A DNA stretch of 64,000 bases, from NCBI GenBank assembly GCA_963840855.1, contig CAWJBB010000021.1, positions 1 to 64,000 on the forward strand. The letters run 5' to 3'. Source of the DNA: an uncultured delta proteobacterium. GTDB lineage: Bacteria; Desulfobacterota; Binatia; UBA9968. Positions 31,279 through 42,705 of this stretch are shown in pieces. The notes beneath the pieces were generated by a model that did not search any database, had not been told where the DNA came from, and saw only the letters and a list, made by a program, of their open reading frames with translations. The stretch's first letter is position 1. Every line of letters begins with the position of its first letter. The position numbers and the translations under genes are program-made.

Positions 31279-32478
31279 ATGGCTCGTAAAATTCAAATGA
31301 TCTCCGGCGATTCCCATCTCGATTTTCCACCCGAGCGCTGGGTACACCGTGTGCCGGCGAAGTGGCGCGAACGCGCGCCCAGGCGCATCAAATTGGCCAA
31401 CGGCGACGACGCGTTCATCATCGAGAATCGCCGGCCGCATTCACCGTCGCTTCAGATCACCGGTACCGGCGGCGCTTACGACAAGCATGATATCAACGGT
31501 ATCAGCTACGATGGTCCAGGCACCGGTCTCCCGGCGCAGCGGCTGCGCGAGCAGGATCAGGACGGCGTCGATGCGGAAGTCCTCTACACCCACCCTTCCT
31601 ACATTAATTCCTGGCGCGGCATCAGCGACGACGAACCCTACACTGCTCTGATCCGAGCCTACAACAGCTGGCTCATCGAAGAATATTGCTCCTTCGCTCC
31701 GGACCGGCTCTTAGCGATGGGCGTGATTCCGGACACCGGCATCGACGAGGCGGTGGCCGAGTTGGAATTCTGCGCGCGCGCCGGATTCAAAGGCGTCTGT
31801 CTCTACAAGTTCCCCGGTGGCAAAGGCTTCGCGCTTCCCGAAGATGACCGCTTCTGGGCCGCCGCCATCGACCTCAGCATGCCGATCACGGCGCATACCA
31901 ACGGCGGCACGACGAGATTTTCCCGAGAGGGACCGGTGTATCGTTACAGCCAGGCTCCAGATCAAGCTCCTCCGGGACGTGATCCAGTAAACTTGCTCGT
32001 CCGCTTCACAAGCGACAATGCGCTGGCGCCGATTCAGCTCGCTTTCGCGGGAGTCTTCGATCGCTTTCCAAAATTACGCGTTTATTGGGCCGAGACTCAA
32101 GTCGGTTGGCTCCCCTACTGTCTCTCGCAGATCGACGACAATTACGAGCGCAATCGCTACTGGGCCGAGCGCCAGTGGGGCATGGCGCCGCTCAAGCACA
32201 AGCCCAGCGAGTATCTCTGCCAGCGCAATCTTTGGGGCTTCATGAAAGATCCCCTGGGCGTGCGGCTGCGCCACGATATCGGCGTCAAAGCGCTTTTGTG
32301 GGGCAGCGACTTCGCCCACGCCACCGGCGACTGGCCGGAATCCCGCCGGGTGATCGACGAAACCTTCGTCGGCGTGCCGCCGGACGAACGCTACGCCATG
32401 CTGGCCGGCAATGCCATAGAGTTCTTCAAGCTTAAGGATACGGTGCCGGATGTGAACGATCTAATCCGCGCGGCGTGA
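31279..32478 (+). CDS. Amidohydrolase_2 family protein
   Basis: ISGDSH, QDQDGVDAEVLY, FDRFPKL, WGSDFAH. Confidence 0.9.
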   Translation: MARKIQMISGDSHLDFPPERWVHRVPAKWRERAPRRIKLANGDDAFIIENRRPHSPSLQITGTGGAYDKHDINGISYDGPGTGLPAQRLREQDQDGVDAEVLYTHPSYINSWRGISDDEPYTALIRAYNSWLIEEYCSFAPDRLLAMGVIPDTGIDEAVAELEFCARAGFKGVCLYKFPGGKGFALPEDDRFWAAAIDLSMPITAHTNGGTTRFSREGPVYRYSQAPDQAPPGRDPVNLLVRFTSDNALAPIQLAFAGVFDRFPKLRVYWAETQVGWLPYCLSQIDDNYERNRYWAERQWGMAPLKHKPSEYLCQRNLWGFMKDPLGVRLRHDIGVKALLWGSDFAHATGDWPESRRVIDETFVGVPPDERYAMLAGNAIEFFKLKDTVPDVNDLIRAA

Positions 32479-32570
32479 GAGATAGTGTGACGCCGCACAA
32501 CGCGGCCCCGAAAGAAATCACAAAAATAACCGTGGTCCGACATAATAAAAAGTTTTTTCCAGCAAAATCC

Positions 32571-32634
32571 GTCCGCCCTGAGCGTGTCGAAGGGCTCCGG
32601 AAAGGAACCTTTCGAGAGCCTCAGGGTGACCGGA
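32571..32634. repeat. REP-like palindrome pair (CCTGAGC..GTCGAAGG family)
   Basis: CCCTGAGCGTGTCGAAGGG followed by inverted CTTTCGAGAGCCTCAGGG. Confidence 0.7.
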
Positions 32635-32663
32635 TCTTCCAGAAGTATCAGGTAGCCACTAAT

Positions 32664-33787
32664 ATGAAACGCATCGTCGCCACTATTCTGTCGCTCGGAT
32701 TTCTCCTCACCGTTCCGATGGTCTCCGGCGCCGCCGAATCCAAGCAATCAGCTCGAAAGAAGAATGGGAAAAAACCGTTGAAGCGGCCAAAAAAGAGGGT
32801 CAGATCACCGTGTACCATTGGGGCGCGCCGCTGATGCTCGATGCCGGCGCGTTTCAGAAAGCCTATCCTGAAATAAAAGTGACTACCGTCAGCGCCATGG
32901 GAACGGAGCTGATGCAGCGGATCCTCGCGGAGCGGCGGGGCGAGAAATTCATTCCTGATGTCTACATCGCCGGCATCGCGTCGGCGGTGGTACTGCACAA
33001 GGCGAAAACTTTCGATCCGATTAAATATGCCTTGATCCTGCCCGAGGTGAGCGACGAATCCAAATGGTGGCGCGGCAAACATACCTACGGCGACGCCGAA
33101 CGGAACACCATTTTCACGTTTACCAAGAGTCCCGATTACGGCAGCATCGGTATTAACACGAAGCTGGTGGATCCCACCGAGTTCCGCTCCTATTGGGATT
33201 TCCTGCAACCCAAATGGCGATCGAGAATCGTCGTCCAAGATCTCCGCGGCGGCGGGCCGGGCTCCACGCCGTTGCGCTTCATGTATTACAATCCTGACCT
33301 GGGAGCCAAATTTCTGCGCCAGCTTTACAGCGCCATGGACGCAACCCTCTATCGGGATAACCGATTGGCCCTGGACTGGCTTGGCAGCGGCAAATTCTCC
33401 ATCGCTTTCTTCGTTCAAAAAGTGGAGGAAGCAGAAACAAAGGGCCTGCCGGTCGTGCAGTTCAAGCAAACGATGAAGGAAGGCGTCGGCCTCTCGTCTC
33501 GTGTCGGCCATATGGCGCTGCTGAACCGCGCCCCCCATCCCAACGCCGCCAAAGTCTTTATCAACTGGTTCCTGTCCCGCGAAGGACAAGATCTCTTCCA
33601 GAAACTTCAGGTCACCGCCCGCGATCCGGCGGACTCGCTGAGGATTGACATTGCCAAAAATCAGATTCCGTTAGCCGACCGCAGGCAAGACGGGGTTAAA
33701 TATATCGACCTCGATGAGCATAAAGTGTTTGACCCTACTCCCGCCATCCAGTTGGTCAAGGAGACCCTGGGGGAAATCGGCAAGTAG
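32664..33787 (+). CDS. Extracellular solute-binding protein, Fe3+/thiamine-type (frameshift near 32750)
   Basis: Signal peptide MKRIVATIL, then KEWEKTVEAAKKEG, RILAERRG, APHPNAAKVFINWFLSREGQ. Confidence 0.85.
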
Positions 33788-33903
33788 AAACACGGTCAGA
33801 AGTATGACGCTCTTGAACCAGGACAGAAAGTCGTCGAAGAAGCGCCCGCACAGGCGGGAAAAAAATAGTTACGATTCAATCGCTGATTCAGTTCATTACC
33901 TCC

Positions 33904-34164
33904 ATGCCGGCGAAAGTTAAACGACCCCGAAAGACGAGAAAAACGCCTAGTTGCCCAGAATGCGGCGCCGTGGCGGTGATTCCCGTCGTCCACGGCATTC
34001 CTAGTCCCGTGCTACAAAAAGCGATAAAGGAAGGCAAAGCGATCATCTCCAACCGCGAAGAATGGGAAGGCATGACCGAATGGTACTGCAAAGCCTGCGG
34101 CTGCGACTGGAGCGGCCGCTGGCGGAGATTCAAAAAAGTTGGAAGTGTTAACGCCACGCGTTAG
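33904..34164 (+). CDS. Small zinc-ribbon hypothetical protein
   Basis: CPECG ... IPVVHG ... WYCKACGCDW. Confidence 0.6.
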   Translation: MPAKVKRPRKTRKTPSCPECGAVAVIPVVHGIPSPVLQKAIKEGKAIISNREEWEGMTEWYCKACGCDWSGRWRRFKKVGSVNATR

Positions 34165-34246
34165 AACGGGAAAACCACGGCGCAGACACGATTAAACATT
34201 ACGGGGCGCGGGCGACAATACCCACCGCAGACGCCTTAAAAAAATC

Positions 34247-35611
34247 ATGGACGCTCTGACTCGCCAGATGGCGGACTTCGCCAGCCGACTTTCCTACGAG
34301 CAACTGCCCATGGCGGTGGTCGCCGCCGCCCGACGTTTTCTCGTGGACACTTTGGCTTGCGCCATCACGGCGCGCGATTGCGAATCGGTTTGGATCGGGC
34401 TTCGCCTGGCGGAAGGCGCGGCGCCGGCGCGTTATCCGGGGCGCATAATTTGCCATAGTCAAAGGTCATCCGCTGAAAGCGCCGCATTCGTGAATACGGC
34501 GATGATTCGTAATCTCGATTTTAACGACCAGTATCCCGGCGGCCACCCCAGCGACTGCGTCGGCGCATTTCTGGCGATTGCCGAAGCGGCCAATACGGAC
34601 GGCCGCCGTCTCATCTCAGCCATGGTCGTCGCGTACGAGCTCTTCGTCCGCATCAGTGACGCCACCGGACTGCGTTATAAAGGTTGGGATCAGGGCTTTG
34701 CAGCTGGTATCGGAACCGCAGCCGGTGTCGGCCATCTGCTTCGCCTGCCACCGGAGCAGATCGCCGAAGCCATCGCCATTATTGCAGTCGCCAATATTCC
34801 CATGCGTAACACGCGCGCCGGCGAGCTTTCGCTCTGGAAAGGCGCGGCAACTGCTTTTGCCACCCGTAATGGTATTTTTGCCGCGCTGCTCGCCGCCGAA
34901 GGGATGACGGGTCCAGACCGGCCCTTTGAAGGCAAACATGGTTTGTGGGATCTGATCACGGGCCCATTCAAGTTCGCGCCGCTGCCGACGGAGGGCGGCC
35001 CCTACCGCTCGCCGGATGTGCAACTCAAGGCTTGGCCCGTAGAGTACAACGCCCAGTTGCCGGTTTGGGCGGCGCTGGAGCTGCGCTCGAAAGTCGATTG
35101 GCGCGATTTAGCCGACATCGATATCGGCACCTACACCTTTGCTTACACCGAAATCGGCAGCGAGCCGGAAAAATGGGACCCGAAAACAAGAGAAACCGCC
35201 GATCACAGCATGCCGTATATTTTCGCCAAGGTTCTGGTCGATGGAACCATCGGCATCCAGGCATTCGAAGAATCCGCCTACCGCGATGCTTCCATACGTC
35301 CACTGATGAACAAGATTCACATCCATCTCGACGATGAAGTTACCGGCATGTATCCCGGTGTCGTCGCCATGAGAGTGCGCGCAAGACTCAATAACGGGCA
35401 GGTTATCGAGCTATTTCCCCGCGATCCCCTGGGCCACACCAATAACCCGATGAAAGACCAGGACGTGCGGACAAAGTTCACGGAGAACAGCGAGCTGGTT
35501 CTGGGGGCCGAACAAACAGCCACGATTTTGGAAGGGTGGTGGAAGATCGCCGATCTTTCCGCTATGGAGTTGGCTGGCGCTCTCGATCTGTTGGACAAAG
35601 GGCGTGATTAA
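34247..35611 (+). CDS. MmgE/PrpD family protein (2-methylcitrate dehydratase-like)
   Basis: RNLDFND, GHPSD, RAGELSLWKG, RETADHSMPY. Confidence 0.92.
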   Translation: MDALTRQMADFASRLSYEQLPMAVVAAARRFLVDTLACAITARDCESVWIGLRLAEGAAPARYPGRIICHSQRSSAESAAFVNTAMIRNLDFNDQYPGGHPSDCVGAFLAIAEAANTDGRRLISAMVVAYELFVRISDATGLRYKGWDQGFAAGIGTAAGVGHLLRLPPEQIAEAIAIIAVANIPMRNTRAGELSLWKGAATAFATRNGIFAALLAAEGMTGPDRPFEGKHGLWDLITGPFKFAPLPTEGGPYRSPDVQLKAWPVEYNAQLPVWAALELRSKVDWRDLADIDIGTYTFAYTEIGSEPEKWDPKTRETADHSMPYIFAKVLVDGTIGIQAFEESAYRDASIRPLMNKIHIHLDDEVTGMYPGVVAMRVRARLNNGQVIELFPRDPLGHTNNPMKDQDVRTKFTENSELVLGAEQTATILEGWWKIADLSAMELAGALDLLDKGRD

Positions 35612-35616
35612 TTCGC

Positions 35617-35686
35617 TTCAAAGTTCAAAGCAAAGACAGGGATCCTTAGATCCCAACATTGAACTTTGAACATTGAACGTTGAACT
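35617..35686. repeat. GTTCAA/TTGAAC heptamer hairpin
   Basis: TTCAAA-GTTCAAA ... ATTGAAC-TTTGAAC-ATTGAAC-GTTGAAC. Confidence 0.8.
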
Positions 35687-35813
35687 CGGAATGGAAGCCA
35701 TAGGCCAAGACCGCGCGCTCCCGATGTTTTTCAGCGAGATGGCCTGTAAGGTTTGACAATGACTGCACATTGTCGCAATGATAAGCGCAATTTCCACCAG
35801 GGAGGTCATACCT

Positions 35814-36725
35814 TTGAAGATCCTACGGTTTAATGACGACCGGATCGGCGTCATCAAGAATGGAAATATGGTTGTGGACGTAAGCGACACAATCAGCGCG
35901 CGCAAGGCCAAAGGGCCCCAGCGGGTGATGGAAGAAATCATCGAAGGGTGGCGTAAGTACCGCCGCCGCTTCGAAAAAGTACTCGCAGAGCAAGCCGGTG
36001 TGCCGCTGGATAGCGTGCAGCTTCGCAGCCCCCTGGCACGCCCCGGCAAGTTTCTCGCCGCCTTCAGCAATTATATCGACCGCGCAGGACGCACCGCGGA
36101 CAATTTCCCCAACGAATATTTCTACAAATCGCCCGATCTCGTGGGCCCCGGGGAAAGCGTCGAATTGAGAGACATTCCGGCCTGCGTGGTTTACCAACCG
36201 GAAGCGGAATTTTCATTCGTCATCGGCAAGACCGCCAAAGACGTTCCGGAAAAAAAGGCGCTGGACTATGTGTTCGGTTATGTGCCGACTTTCGATATTT
36301 CGACCCGGGGTCTGGTGCGCCGGACGCAATTTATCGGCAAGGGGCAAAGCAGTCATGGCTGCTGCGGCCCGTGGATCATCACCAAAGACGAAATCCCCGA
36401 CCCCCACAATGTTGTCGTGAAATCATGGAACAACGGCGAGCCCAGGCAGAATTACAATACCAGCAATATGGCGCACAAAATTCCCAATCAGATCGCCTGG
36501 CTCACGAAATTCGTCCAGCTCTCGCCGGGCGACGTCGTCGCCACCGGCACATTTCACGAAGGGTTGATGCCGATAAACCCGGGCGACACCATCGAAATCG
36601 AGTTCGAGAACCTGGGCCGGGCGAAATTTCTCGTCACCGGCAACAGTCCGCGCAAGACGGTGGACTGGCTGCCTGGACGCGACCAGCCCAAGCCGCCCGA
36701 AGGCGGCGGTATCCATAAGGTCTGA
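35814..36725 (+). CDS. Fumarylacetoacetate hydrolase family protein
   Basis: PEAEFSFVIG, DISTR, GPWIITKDEI, LSPGDVVATGT; GGAGG RBS before TTG. Confidence 0.9.
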   Translation: MKILRFNDDRIGVIKNGNMVVDVSDTISARKAKGPQRVMEEIIEGWRKYRRRFEKVLAEQAGVPLDSVQLRSPLARPGKFLAAFSNYIDRAGRTADNFPNEYFYKSPDLVGPGESVELRDIPACVVYQPEAEFSFVIGKTAKDVPEKKALDYVFGYVPTFDISTRGLVRRTQFIGKGQSSHGCCGPWIITKDEIPDPHNVVVKSWNNGEPRQNYNTSNMAHKIPNQIAWLTKFVQLSPGDVVATGTFHEGLMPINPGDTIEIEFENLGRAKFLVTGNSPRKTVDWLPGRDQPKPPEGGGIHKV

Positions 36726-36824
36726 CGGCGAAACAGTTCGAGTCACGGGTCAAGCGTCAAGGATTGAAGGATTTGAAATGAATTCTAACTCGAGACTCCA
36801 GACTCGAGACTCTGGACTGCCGGT

Positions 36825-37595
36825 TCATACTTCATCCTTTCTGAGCATCCCCCAGTGCCACGGCAACAGCGCGCGGTGCGCGAAATTGAAAAGCAGATTG
36901 AGCGCGTAGCCCAAGACCGCAAGCGCAAGCATCCCGGCGTACATCTGCGCGACCTTGAAGCGCCGCTGGGAATCGAGAATAAAATAGCCGATCCCATCGG
37001 TGCTGCCCACCATTTCCGAAATCACGACAAGAATGAGCGTGATCGGCAAGCTAATTCGCAGGCCGGTCATGATTTGCGGCGAGCACGCAGGTAGGACCAC
37101 CTGCCAAATGATTTTTACGTGGGATAGACCGAAGGTCTGGGCGGTGTTCAAGAGCAGCCGGTCGATATTTCGTACGCCGTCGAGTGTATTGAGCAGGATC
37201 GGCCAGGCGCAGGAAAAAAAGATCACAAAGATCTTCATCTCGTCTTCCAGGCCGAAAAACAGCAGCGCCACTGGAATCACCACCGGCGGTGGAACCGGCC
37301 GGAGCATTTCAATCACGACTTCCAGGGCGCGATAGCAACCGTCGAAAAGCCCCATCAGAATTCCCAGCGGGATAAAAACCGCCGCGGCCAAAAAGTAGCC
37401 AATGGCTGCCCGTTTCATGCTCGCGAGGATCTGCAGCGGTATATCGCCGGCGGCCACGAGTGATCCGAAGGATGCGAAGATTTTGCTCAGAGGCGGAACG
37501 ATCAATGGATTGACCCATTCCGACCGGGAGGCCAGCTCCCAGACAAAGAACAAAGCGAGCAGGAACAAGATGCCGTCGAGCTTCGATTCACGCAT
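36825..37595 (-). CDS. ABC permease (SsuC/TauC-like)
   Basis: LRPVPP, EAA-like loop, VISEMVG. Confidence 0.92.
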   Translation of the reverse strand: MRESKLDGILFLLALFFVWELASRSEWVNPLIVPPLSKIFASFGSLVAAGDIPLQILASMKRAAIGYFLAAAVFIPLGILMGLFDGCYRALEVVIEMLRPVPPPVVIPVALLFFGLEDEMKIFVIFFSCAWPILLNTLDGVRNIDRLLLNTAQTFGLSHVKIIWQVVLPACSPQIMTGLRISLPITLILVVISEMVGSTDGIGYFILDSQRRFKVAQMYAGMLALAVLGYALNLLFNFAHRALLPWHWGMLRKDEV

Positions 37596-37597
37596 GA

Positions 37598-38377
37598 CTA
37601 AGCCGACTCGCGTGCGATCATGCCGCGGCGCCAGCGCAGCGCCGTTGTTTCCAACACGAGAAAGAGCCGGTTGAGCGCGTAGCCCAGGACCGCCACGACG
37701 ATAATCCCGGCATACATATTGCCGCTGTTAAAAGAGCGCTCCTGATCCAGAATAAAAAAGCCCATCCCGCGGCTGCCGGCGATCATCTCCGCGGTGGTAA
37801 CCAAAATCAGCGCGATGGACAGACTGATTCTCAGGCCGGTCGCGATATAGGGCGAGGCGGCGGGCAAAATAATCCGCCACAGAATCAGCCGGCGGCTCAA
37901 GCCAAAGGTGCGCGCGGTATCGATGAGCGTCGGCTCGATATTTCTAACTCCGTCGATGGTGTTTACCAGCATGGGCCACAGGCTCGCGTATACCGTCACC
38001 GCCACGATCATGCGGTCGCCGATGCCGAGCGCAAGAACAGCGACCGGAATGATCGCCACCGACGGCATCGGACGCAAGAATTCGATGAGGGTTTCCAATA
38101 GACTATAGGCGAAGCGAAAATAGCCGAGCAGGATGCCCAACGAAACGGCGAGCAGGGCAGCGATCACGTAGCCTTCGAGAAAGCGGCTGAGGGTTGACAG
38201 CAAATGACCGGCGACTTGCCCCGATACGAACAATTGAGCGAGGGCGGCGAAAATTTGGCTCACCGGCGGGATGTAAAATTGCAGCGTGGGGCTCGCACGC
38301 GCGCCGTATTCCCACAGTGAAAGCAGTATCGCCAACACCAGCCAGCCGAGCCAGTTGAATTTTTTGCCGCCGTTCAT
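37598..38377 (-). CDS. ABC permease (SsuC/TauC-like)
   Basis: [27 protein letters not shown]. Confidence 0.92.
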   Translation of the reverse strand: MNGGKKFNWLGWLVLAILLSLWEYGARASPTLQFYIPPVSQIFAALAQLFVSGQVAGHLLSTLSRFLEGYVIAALLAVSLGILLGYFRFAYSLLETLIEFLRPMPSVAIIPVAVLALGIGDRMIVAVTVYASLWPMLVNTIDGVRNIEPTLIDTARTFGLSRRLILWRIILPAASPYIATGLRISLSIALILVTTAEMIAGSRGMGFFILDQERSFNSGNMYAGIIVVAVLGYALNRLFLVLETTALRWRRGMIARESA

Positions 38378-39144
38378 GGCGCGTGGCCGATCTGGCGATA
38401 GATTTCGTTGCGCATAGCCATGAAGCCCGCCTCGGCGCGGGTCGCCAACTGGTTGCGCGGCCGGGGAAACTCGACCAGCAACTCCTGGATGATTTGCGAC
38501 GGGCGGCGGCTTAAAACCCAGATGCGATCGGACAGATAGATCGCTTCCTCGATGTCGTGAGTGATAAAGAGAATCGTCGTTTTGAGCTCGGCCCACACTC
38601 GGAGCAGCGTGTCTTCTAGCTCCAAACGCGTGAGCGCGTCGAGAGAGCCGAACGGCTCGTCCATCAAGAGCACCTCCGGCTCATAGGCGAGCGCGCGGGC
38701 GATGGCGACCCGCTGTTGCATGCCGCCGGAAAGCTCCCAGGGATAATGTTTCTCAAAACCTTTGAGGCCGACGATATCGATCAGCTCCCTGGTCCTCGAC
38801 TCGGCGCCGGTTGAGCGGTCGCCGCGCGCCTCCAAACCGAAGCGCACGTTGCCCAGTATGGTGCGCCAGGCGAACAAGGACTTGTTGTATTCCTGAAAAA
38901 TCAAAACGAGGTTGGGCGGCGGCCCTTTGACTTCCTTACCTTTGACGATCACCCGGCCCGAAGTCGGCTCGATCAATCCCGCAACGGTCATTAACAGAGT
39001 CGTTTTGCCGCAGCCGGACGGTCCGACAAAGGAAACGAACTCCCCCGCTTCCACCCGGCAAGTGACGTTGCCGATGGCAAGTGTGCTCTCGCCGTGCAGT
39101 TGACGATAGCTCTTGGAGAGATTTTCAACTTCGAGGATCGGCAT
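38374..39144 (-). CDS. ABC ATPase (SsuB/TauB-like)
   Basis: [23 protein letters not shown]. Confidence 0.95.
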   Translation of the reverse strand: MPILEVENLSKSYRQLHGESTLAIGNVTCRVEAGEFVSFVGPSGCGKTTLLMTVAGLIEPTSGRVIVKGKEVKGPPPNLVLIFQEYNKSLFAWRTILGNVRFGLEARGDRSTGAESRTRELIDIVGLKGFEKHYPWELSGGMQQRVAIARALAYEPEVLLMDEPFGSLDALTRLELEDTLLRVWAELKTTILFITHDIEEAIYLSDRIWVLSRRPSQIIQELLVEFPRPRNQLATRAEAGFMAMRNEIYRQIGHAP

Positions 39145-39202
39145 GGGGAAGAAGGAGTGATGGAGTATTGGAGTCTGAGAGAAACCCATCACTCCATCAG
39201 AT

Positions 39203-40165
39203 TCACCCCTTCGGCGCCAAGTCGCTGATGACGTCCCTCGCCTTGAGCGCGCGGGGGATCAGCTTGTACTTCTGTGTGAGGTCGATGGTGACTTGCAGGT
39301 CTTTTTCCGACACCCCCTTTTCAAAAACCGGCAGGGGGATCTTGCCGGCCAAATCCGGATTCAAGCCGGTCCACTTGACGATTGCGTCCCGGCTGCCCTT
39401 GGGGTCGGCACCAACGGCGTCGATGCCGCGGTTGAGAGCCGCAATGAATGCCTGCGCGGTCTGCTTATTTTTTTGCAGCCATTTTTCCGACGCAAACCAA
39501 CTGGCGATGAGGAATTTCCCGATCACATCGCTCCACGGGTTGGCGAGCACCCGGGCGACGTCCTTGGCCAGCGCCGCGCTAGGAAAGGGCTCTTGCGCGC
39601 TGGCGGCGTCGATTTTACCAGCCACAAGGGCGGCTTCCATCTGCGGAAACGGTATCTCGACGAATTTCACCTTGGCGGAGCTTGCGCCGTTTTTGTCGAG
39701 CCATGCCAGCGCCATGAGATGAACGATATTATTCAACGTGTTCACCGCCACGGTCTTGCCTTCGAGATCCTTCGCGCTGTTTATGGGCGACCCTTTCGCC
39801 ACCAAGAGCGCATGGGTATCGTTGGTCCCTTTGACGTTGGTGGCACCGCCGGCGATGAACTTGAAATCGAACCCCTCCACGTGCGCCTGGTAAAGGGAAA
39901 TCACGTTGGTCCAGCCGATCTGGAGATCGCCGGAGGTGACGCCTTGCACGATCACGGCGCCGCCCGCCATCGGCAGGGTTTCGAGCTCTAGCCCCGCAGC
40001 TTTGAAGAATCCCCGCTCCATGGCGACGAACATCGGCGCGTTGTCGACGATCTTCATGTAACCCAACTTGCCTTTGGTCTGCGCCCAGCTGCGCCCGCTC
40101 AAGAGCGGCAAGCCGGCGGCGGCAACGGTCACTTTTCCGAGAAAATCGCGGCGTGTGAGTCCCAT
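39203..40165 (-). CDS. ABC solute-binding protein, NMT1/SsuA-like, Tat signal
   Basis: TRRDFL; [10 protein letters not shown]; first gene of a complete ABC operon. Confidence 0.92.
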   Translation of the reverse strand: MGLTRRDFLGKVTVAAAGLPLLSGRSWAQTKGKLGYMKIVDNAPMFVAMERGFFKAAGLELETLPMAGGAVIVQGVTSGDLQIGWTNVISLYQAHVEGFDFKFIAGGATNVKGTNDTHALLVAKGSPINSAKDLEGKTVAVNTLNNIVHLMALAWLDKNGASSAKVKFVEIPFPQMEAALVAGKIDAASAQEPFPSAALAKDVARVLANPWSDVIGKFLIASWFASEKWLQKNKQTAQAFIAALNRGIDAVGADPKGSRDAIVKWTGLNPDLAGKIPLPVFEKGVSEKDLQVTIDLTQKYKLIPRALKARDVISDLAPKG

Positions 40166-40259
40166 AGTCTTCCCCCTGAAGCGGTAAGCTGAGATTTTCG
40201 CCCAACGCTAACCGCTAACTCGAAACAGGTCAAGCGCTGGCATTGTCAGGAACGATTCG

Positions 40260-40393
40260 GTTCAAGGTTCAAAGTTCAATGGCTTCGCCTGTTCAACGTT
40301 CAAGGGTCAATGTTCAACGTCCCCACGTCCCAACTTTGAACTTTGAACGTGAAACCTTGAACCGCGCCGAAGGCGCCACGTTGAACATTGAAC
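40260..40393. repeat. Large GTTCAA/TTGAAC heptamer hairpin
   Basis: Seven GTTCAAN-like units followed by six NTTGAAC-like units. Confidence 0.9.
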
Positions 40394-40527
40394 CGCGCGC
40401 AGGTTTCACTGCGCCGCCGATTGACAACTCCGGGGCGCTGCCGCAAAGATAGCGCTGCATCTTTCTTACGAATAACAGTCATGACCGGGCAGGAAAAAGC
40501 GCGCGCCGCACATAGAATTGGAAGCCT

Positions 40528-41313
40528 ATGCTGATCGACGCTCATGTCCACCTAGACAGATATGGCGACCTGCTCGACGACGCTTTACGGGAAATCGGAC
40601 AGGGACGGATATTCACCGTGGCCACGGCGATGGACGCGCCGTCGTACGCCCAACTCAAGATAATCGCCGATCGATCGCCGCTGGTCCTGCCGACGTTCGG
40701 CGTCCATCCTAGACGCGCGCGGCAATATGCCGGTCGTTTGCACGAAATGGATTCGCTCATTGAGGGCAGTCCAGCCATCGGCGAGATCGGCCTCGATTTT
40801 CACTGGGAGAAGGACGCGTCGACCTTTCCGGCGCAGGTTAAAGTCCTTGAATATTTCTTCGCCGCCGCCCGCGAGCAGAACAAATTCGTGAACCTTCACA
40901 CCAAGGGCGGAGAGAAAGAGATCCTTAATCTACTCGAAAAGTACGACGTTCGACGCCCCATCATCCACTGGTTCTCCGGCCCGCTAGATATCCTGCGCGC
41001 AATGATTCAGTACGGCTGCTATTTCACGGTGGGCGTCGAAGTGCATCATTCAAATCACATCAAAGCCATCGCCGACGAGATTCCCGATCAATTGCTTTTG
41101 ACCGAAACCGATAACCCGGGTGGATTGAAATGGTTGAAAGGCGAACTTGGCATGCCAAGGGCCATTGCAAACGTCGTCGAAACGGTGGCTGCATTACGGC
41201 AGTCAACACCGGAGCGAATCGAACGACTCGTTCACGGGAACTTCGCACGCTTGATCAAAGACGACCCGTGGCTTCAGGACACACAAGCGCTTTTAGCCCG
41301 GCCGGAGGGTTAG
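40528..41313 (+). CDS. TatD family hydrolase
   Basis: IDAHVHL, GVHP, IGEIGLD, LTETDNP. Confidence 0.92.
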   Translation: MLIDAHVHLDRYGDLLDDALREIGQGRIFTVATAMDAPSYAQLKIIADRSPLVLPTFGVHPRRARQYAGRLHEMDSLIEGSPAIGEIGLDFHWEKDASTFPAQVKVLEYFFAAAREQNKFVNLHTKGGEKEILNLLEKYDVRRPIIHWFSGPLDILRAMIQYGCYFTVGVEVHHSNHIKAIADEIPDQLLLTETDNPGGLKWLKGELGMPRAIANVVETVAALRQSTPERIERLVHGNFARLIKDDPWLQDTQALLARPEG

Positions 41314-41551
41314 CGGTCTACCTCGCGTCTCGGATCGTAGCTGAAACTAAAAACCCTAGACCGCGCCGGCGTTACGGCCAAAGCTTTTTTGAAGCACTCT
41401 TCCTTTTCCAATTCATTTACGCAGCGGTTGGCGTAGTGAGCGTCAGCGGATCTTCTTCGCGTCGGCTTTCAGTCGAACGTAACGCTTGGATTTGTTAGTG
41501 TCAGATTGCGTTCCCGCGAACACAATCCAGCACGGCAGGAGGTCCATTAGT

Positions 41552-42484
41552 ATGTTGGAATCTTACGCGAAGGAAATTACTCCGAAACTTGTTGACATGG
41601 GCATTGACGCGGCCCAAACGTCGCTGCGCATTGCGCTGGTCGTCATTGCCGCCTATGTCGGCATCAAAGTCTTACGCATCGCCCTCGATAACCTGGAACG
41701 GCTGCTCATTCGTGCCGCAGAACTCACCGAACGCGTCCCCGACGCGGGGAGTCAACGCATCAAGACCCTCATCGGCGTGCTGCGTACGATTGCGGTGATG
41801 CTGGTCTGGTTCGTTGCGGTCGTGACTTCCTTGAGCCATATCGGCGTCAACATCGGCCCGATTCTCGCCGGAGCCGGTGTCGTCGGACTGGCCGTGGGCT
41901 TTGGCGCGCAGAATCTCGTGCGCGATCTCGTGAGCGGCTTTTTTCTGATTCTCGAAAACCAGGTGCGCGTCGGCGATGTCGCGGTGATCAACGGTACCGG
42001 CGGGCTCGTCGAACGCATCAGTTTCCGTACCATCGTGTTGCGTGATCTCGAAGGCGTGGTTCACGTTTTTCCCAATGGGACAGTTAACACGCTCGCCAAC
42101 CGATCCAAAGAGTGGTCCGCCTACGTTCTCGATATCGCCGTGGCCTATAAAGAAGACACCGACCGGGTGGTCGAAATCATGCGCCGGGTTGGCATGAGGA
42201 TGCAATCGGAAGCGCCCTACGGTTCGTTGATGATCGAACCCATCGAGATATTTGGCGTCGATCAATTCGCTGACTCGGCGGTGAATATCAAGGCGCGATT
42301 GAAAACCCTGCCGCTGCAGCAATGGACCGTGGGACGGGAGTACCGCCGCAGACTTAAGAAGGCCTTTGACGGCGAGGGAATCGGGACTCCGTTTCCGCAC
42401 CGCACACTCTACATGGGCGAGACGAGCGCGCCGTTTCAGTTTGTGATGAAAGGGACCGACGGCGCTGTCGAAACTCGCAACTAG
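41552..42484 (+). CDS. Mechanosensitive channel MscS family (YbiO-like)
   Basis: GLAVGFGAQNLVRD, ENQVRVGD, VHVFPNG. Confidence 0.92.
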   Translation: MLESYAKEITPKLVDMGIDAAQTSLRIALVVIAAYVGIKVLRIALDNLERLLIRAAELTERVPDAGSQRIKTLIGVLRTIAVMLVWFVAVVTSLSHIGVNIGPILAGAGVVGLAVGFGAQNLVRDLVSGFFLILENQVRVGDVAVINGTGGLVERISFRTIVLRDLEGVVHVFPNGTVNTLANRSKEWSAYVLDIAVAYKEDTDRVVEIMRRVGMRMQSEAPYGSLMIEPIEIFGVDQFADSAVNIKARLKTLPLQQWTVGREYRRRLKKAFDGEGIGTPFPHRTLYMGETSAPFQFVMKGTDGAVETRN

Positions 42485-42502
42485 CGCGGTTTATTCATAA
42501 AC

Positions 42503-42604
42503 GGTTCAACGTTTAAGGTTCAATGTTCAACGTATTTCCCTCCTTTGTTGCATTCGCACAATCGCGATCCCTGACTTTGAACGTTGAACTTTGAACCTTG
42601 AACG
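42503..42604. repeat. GTTCAA/TTGAAC heptamer hairpin
   Basis: GTTCAAC-GTTTAAG-GTTCAAT-GTTCAAC ... TTTGAAC-GTTGAAC-TTTGAAC-CTTGAAC. Confidence 0.88.
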
Positions 42605-42705
42605 GAGTTTCATGCCTGCCGTCCCTCTTCCCATTTTTCCCGAAGCGTGTACATTGAGTTGAATTATTTCTTCAAAACGGGCACCTGCGGAGTATACCCG
42701 ACACC

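Noticed and set aside
40260-40393. CRISPR array from the periodic GTTCAA/TTGAAC repeats
   Set aside because: Units are 7-9 nt, directly tandem and inverted, with no 25-40 nt repeats, unique spacers or cas genes.
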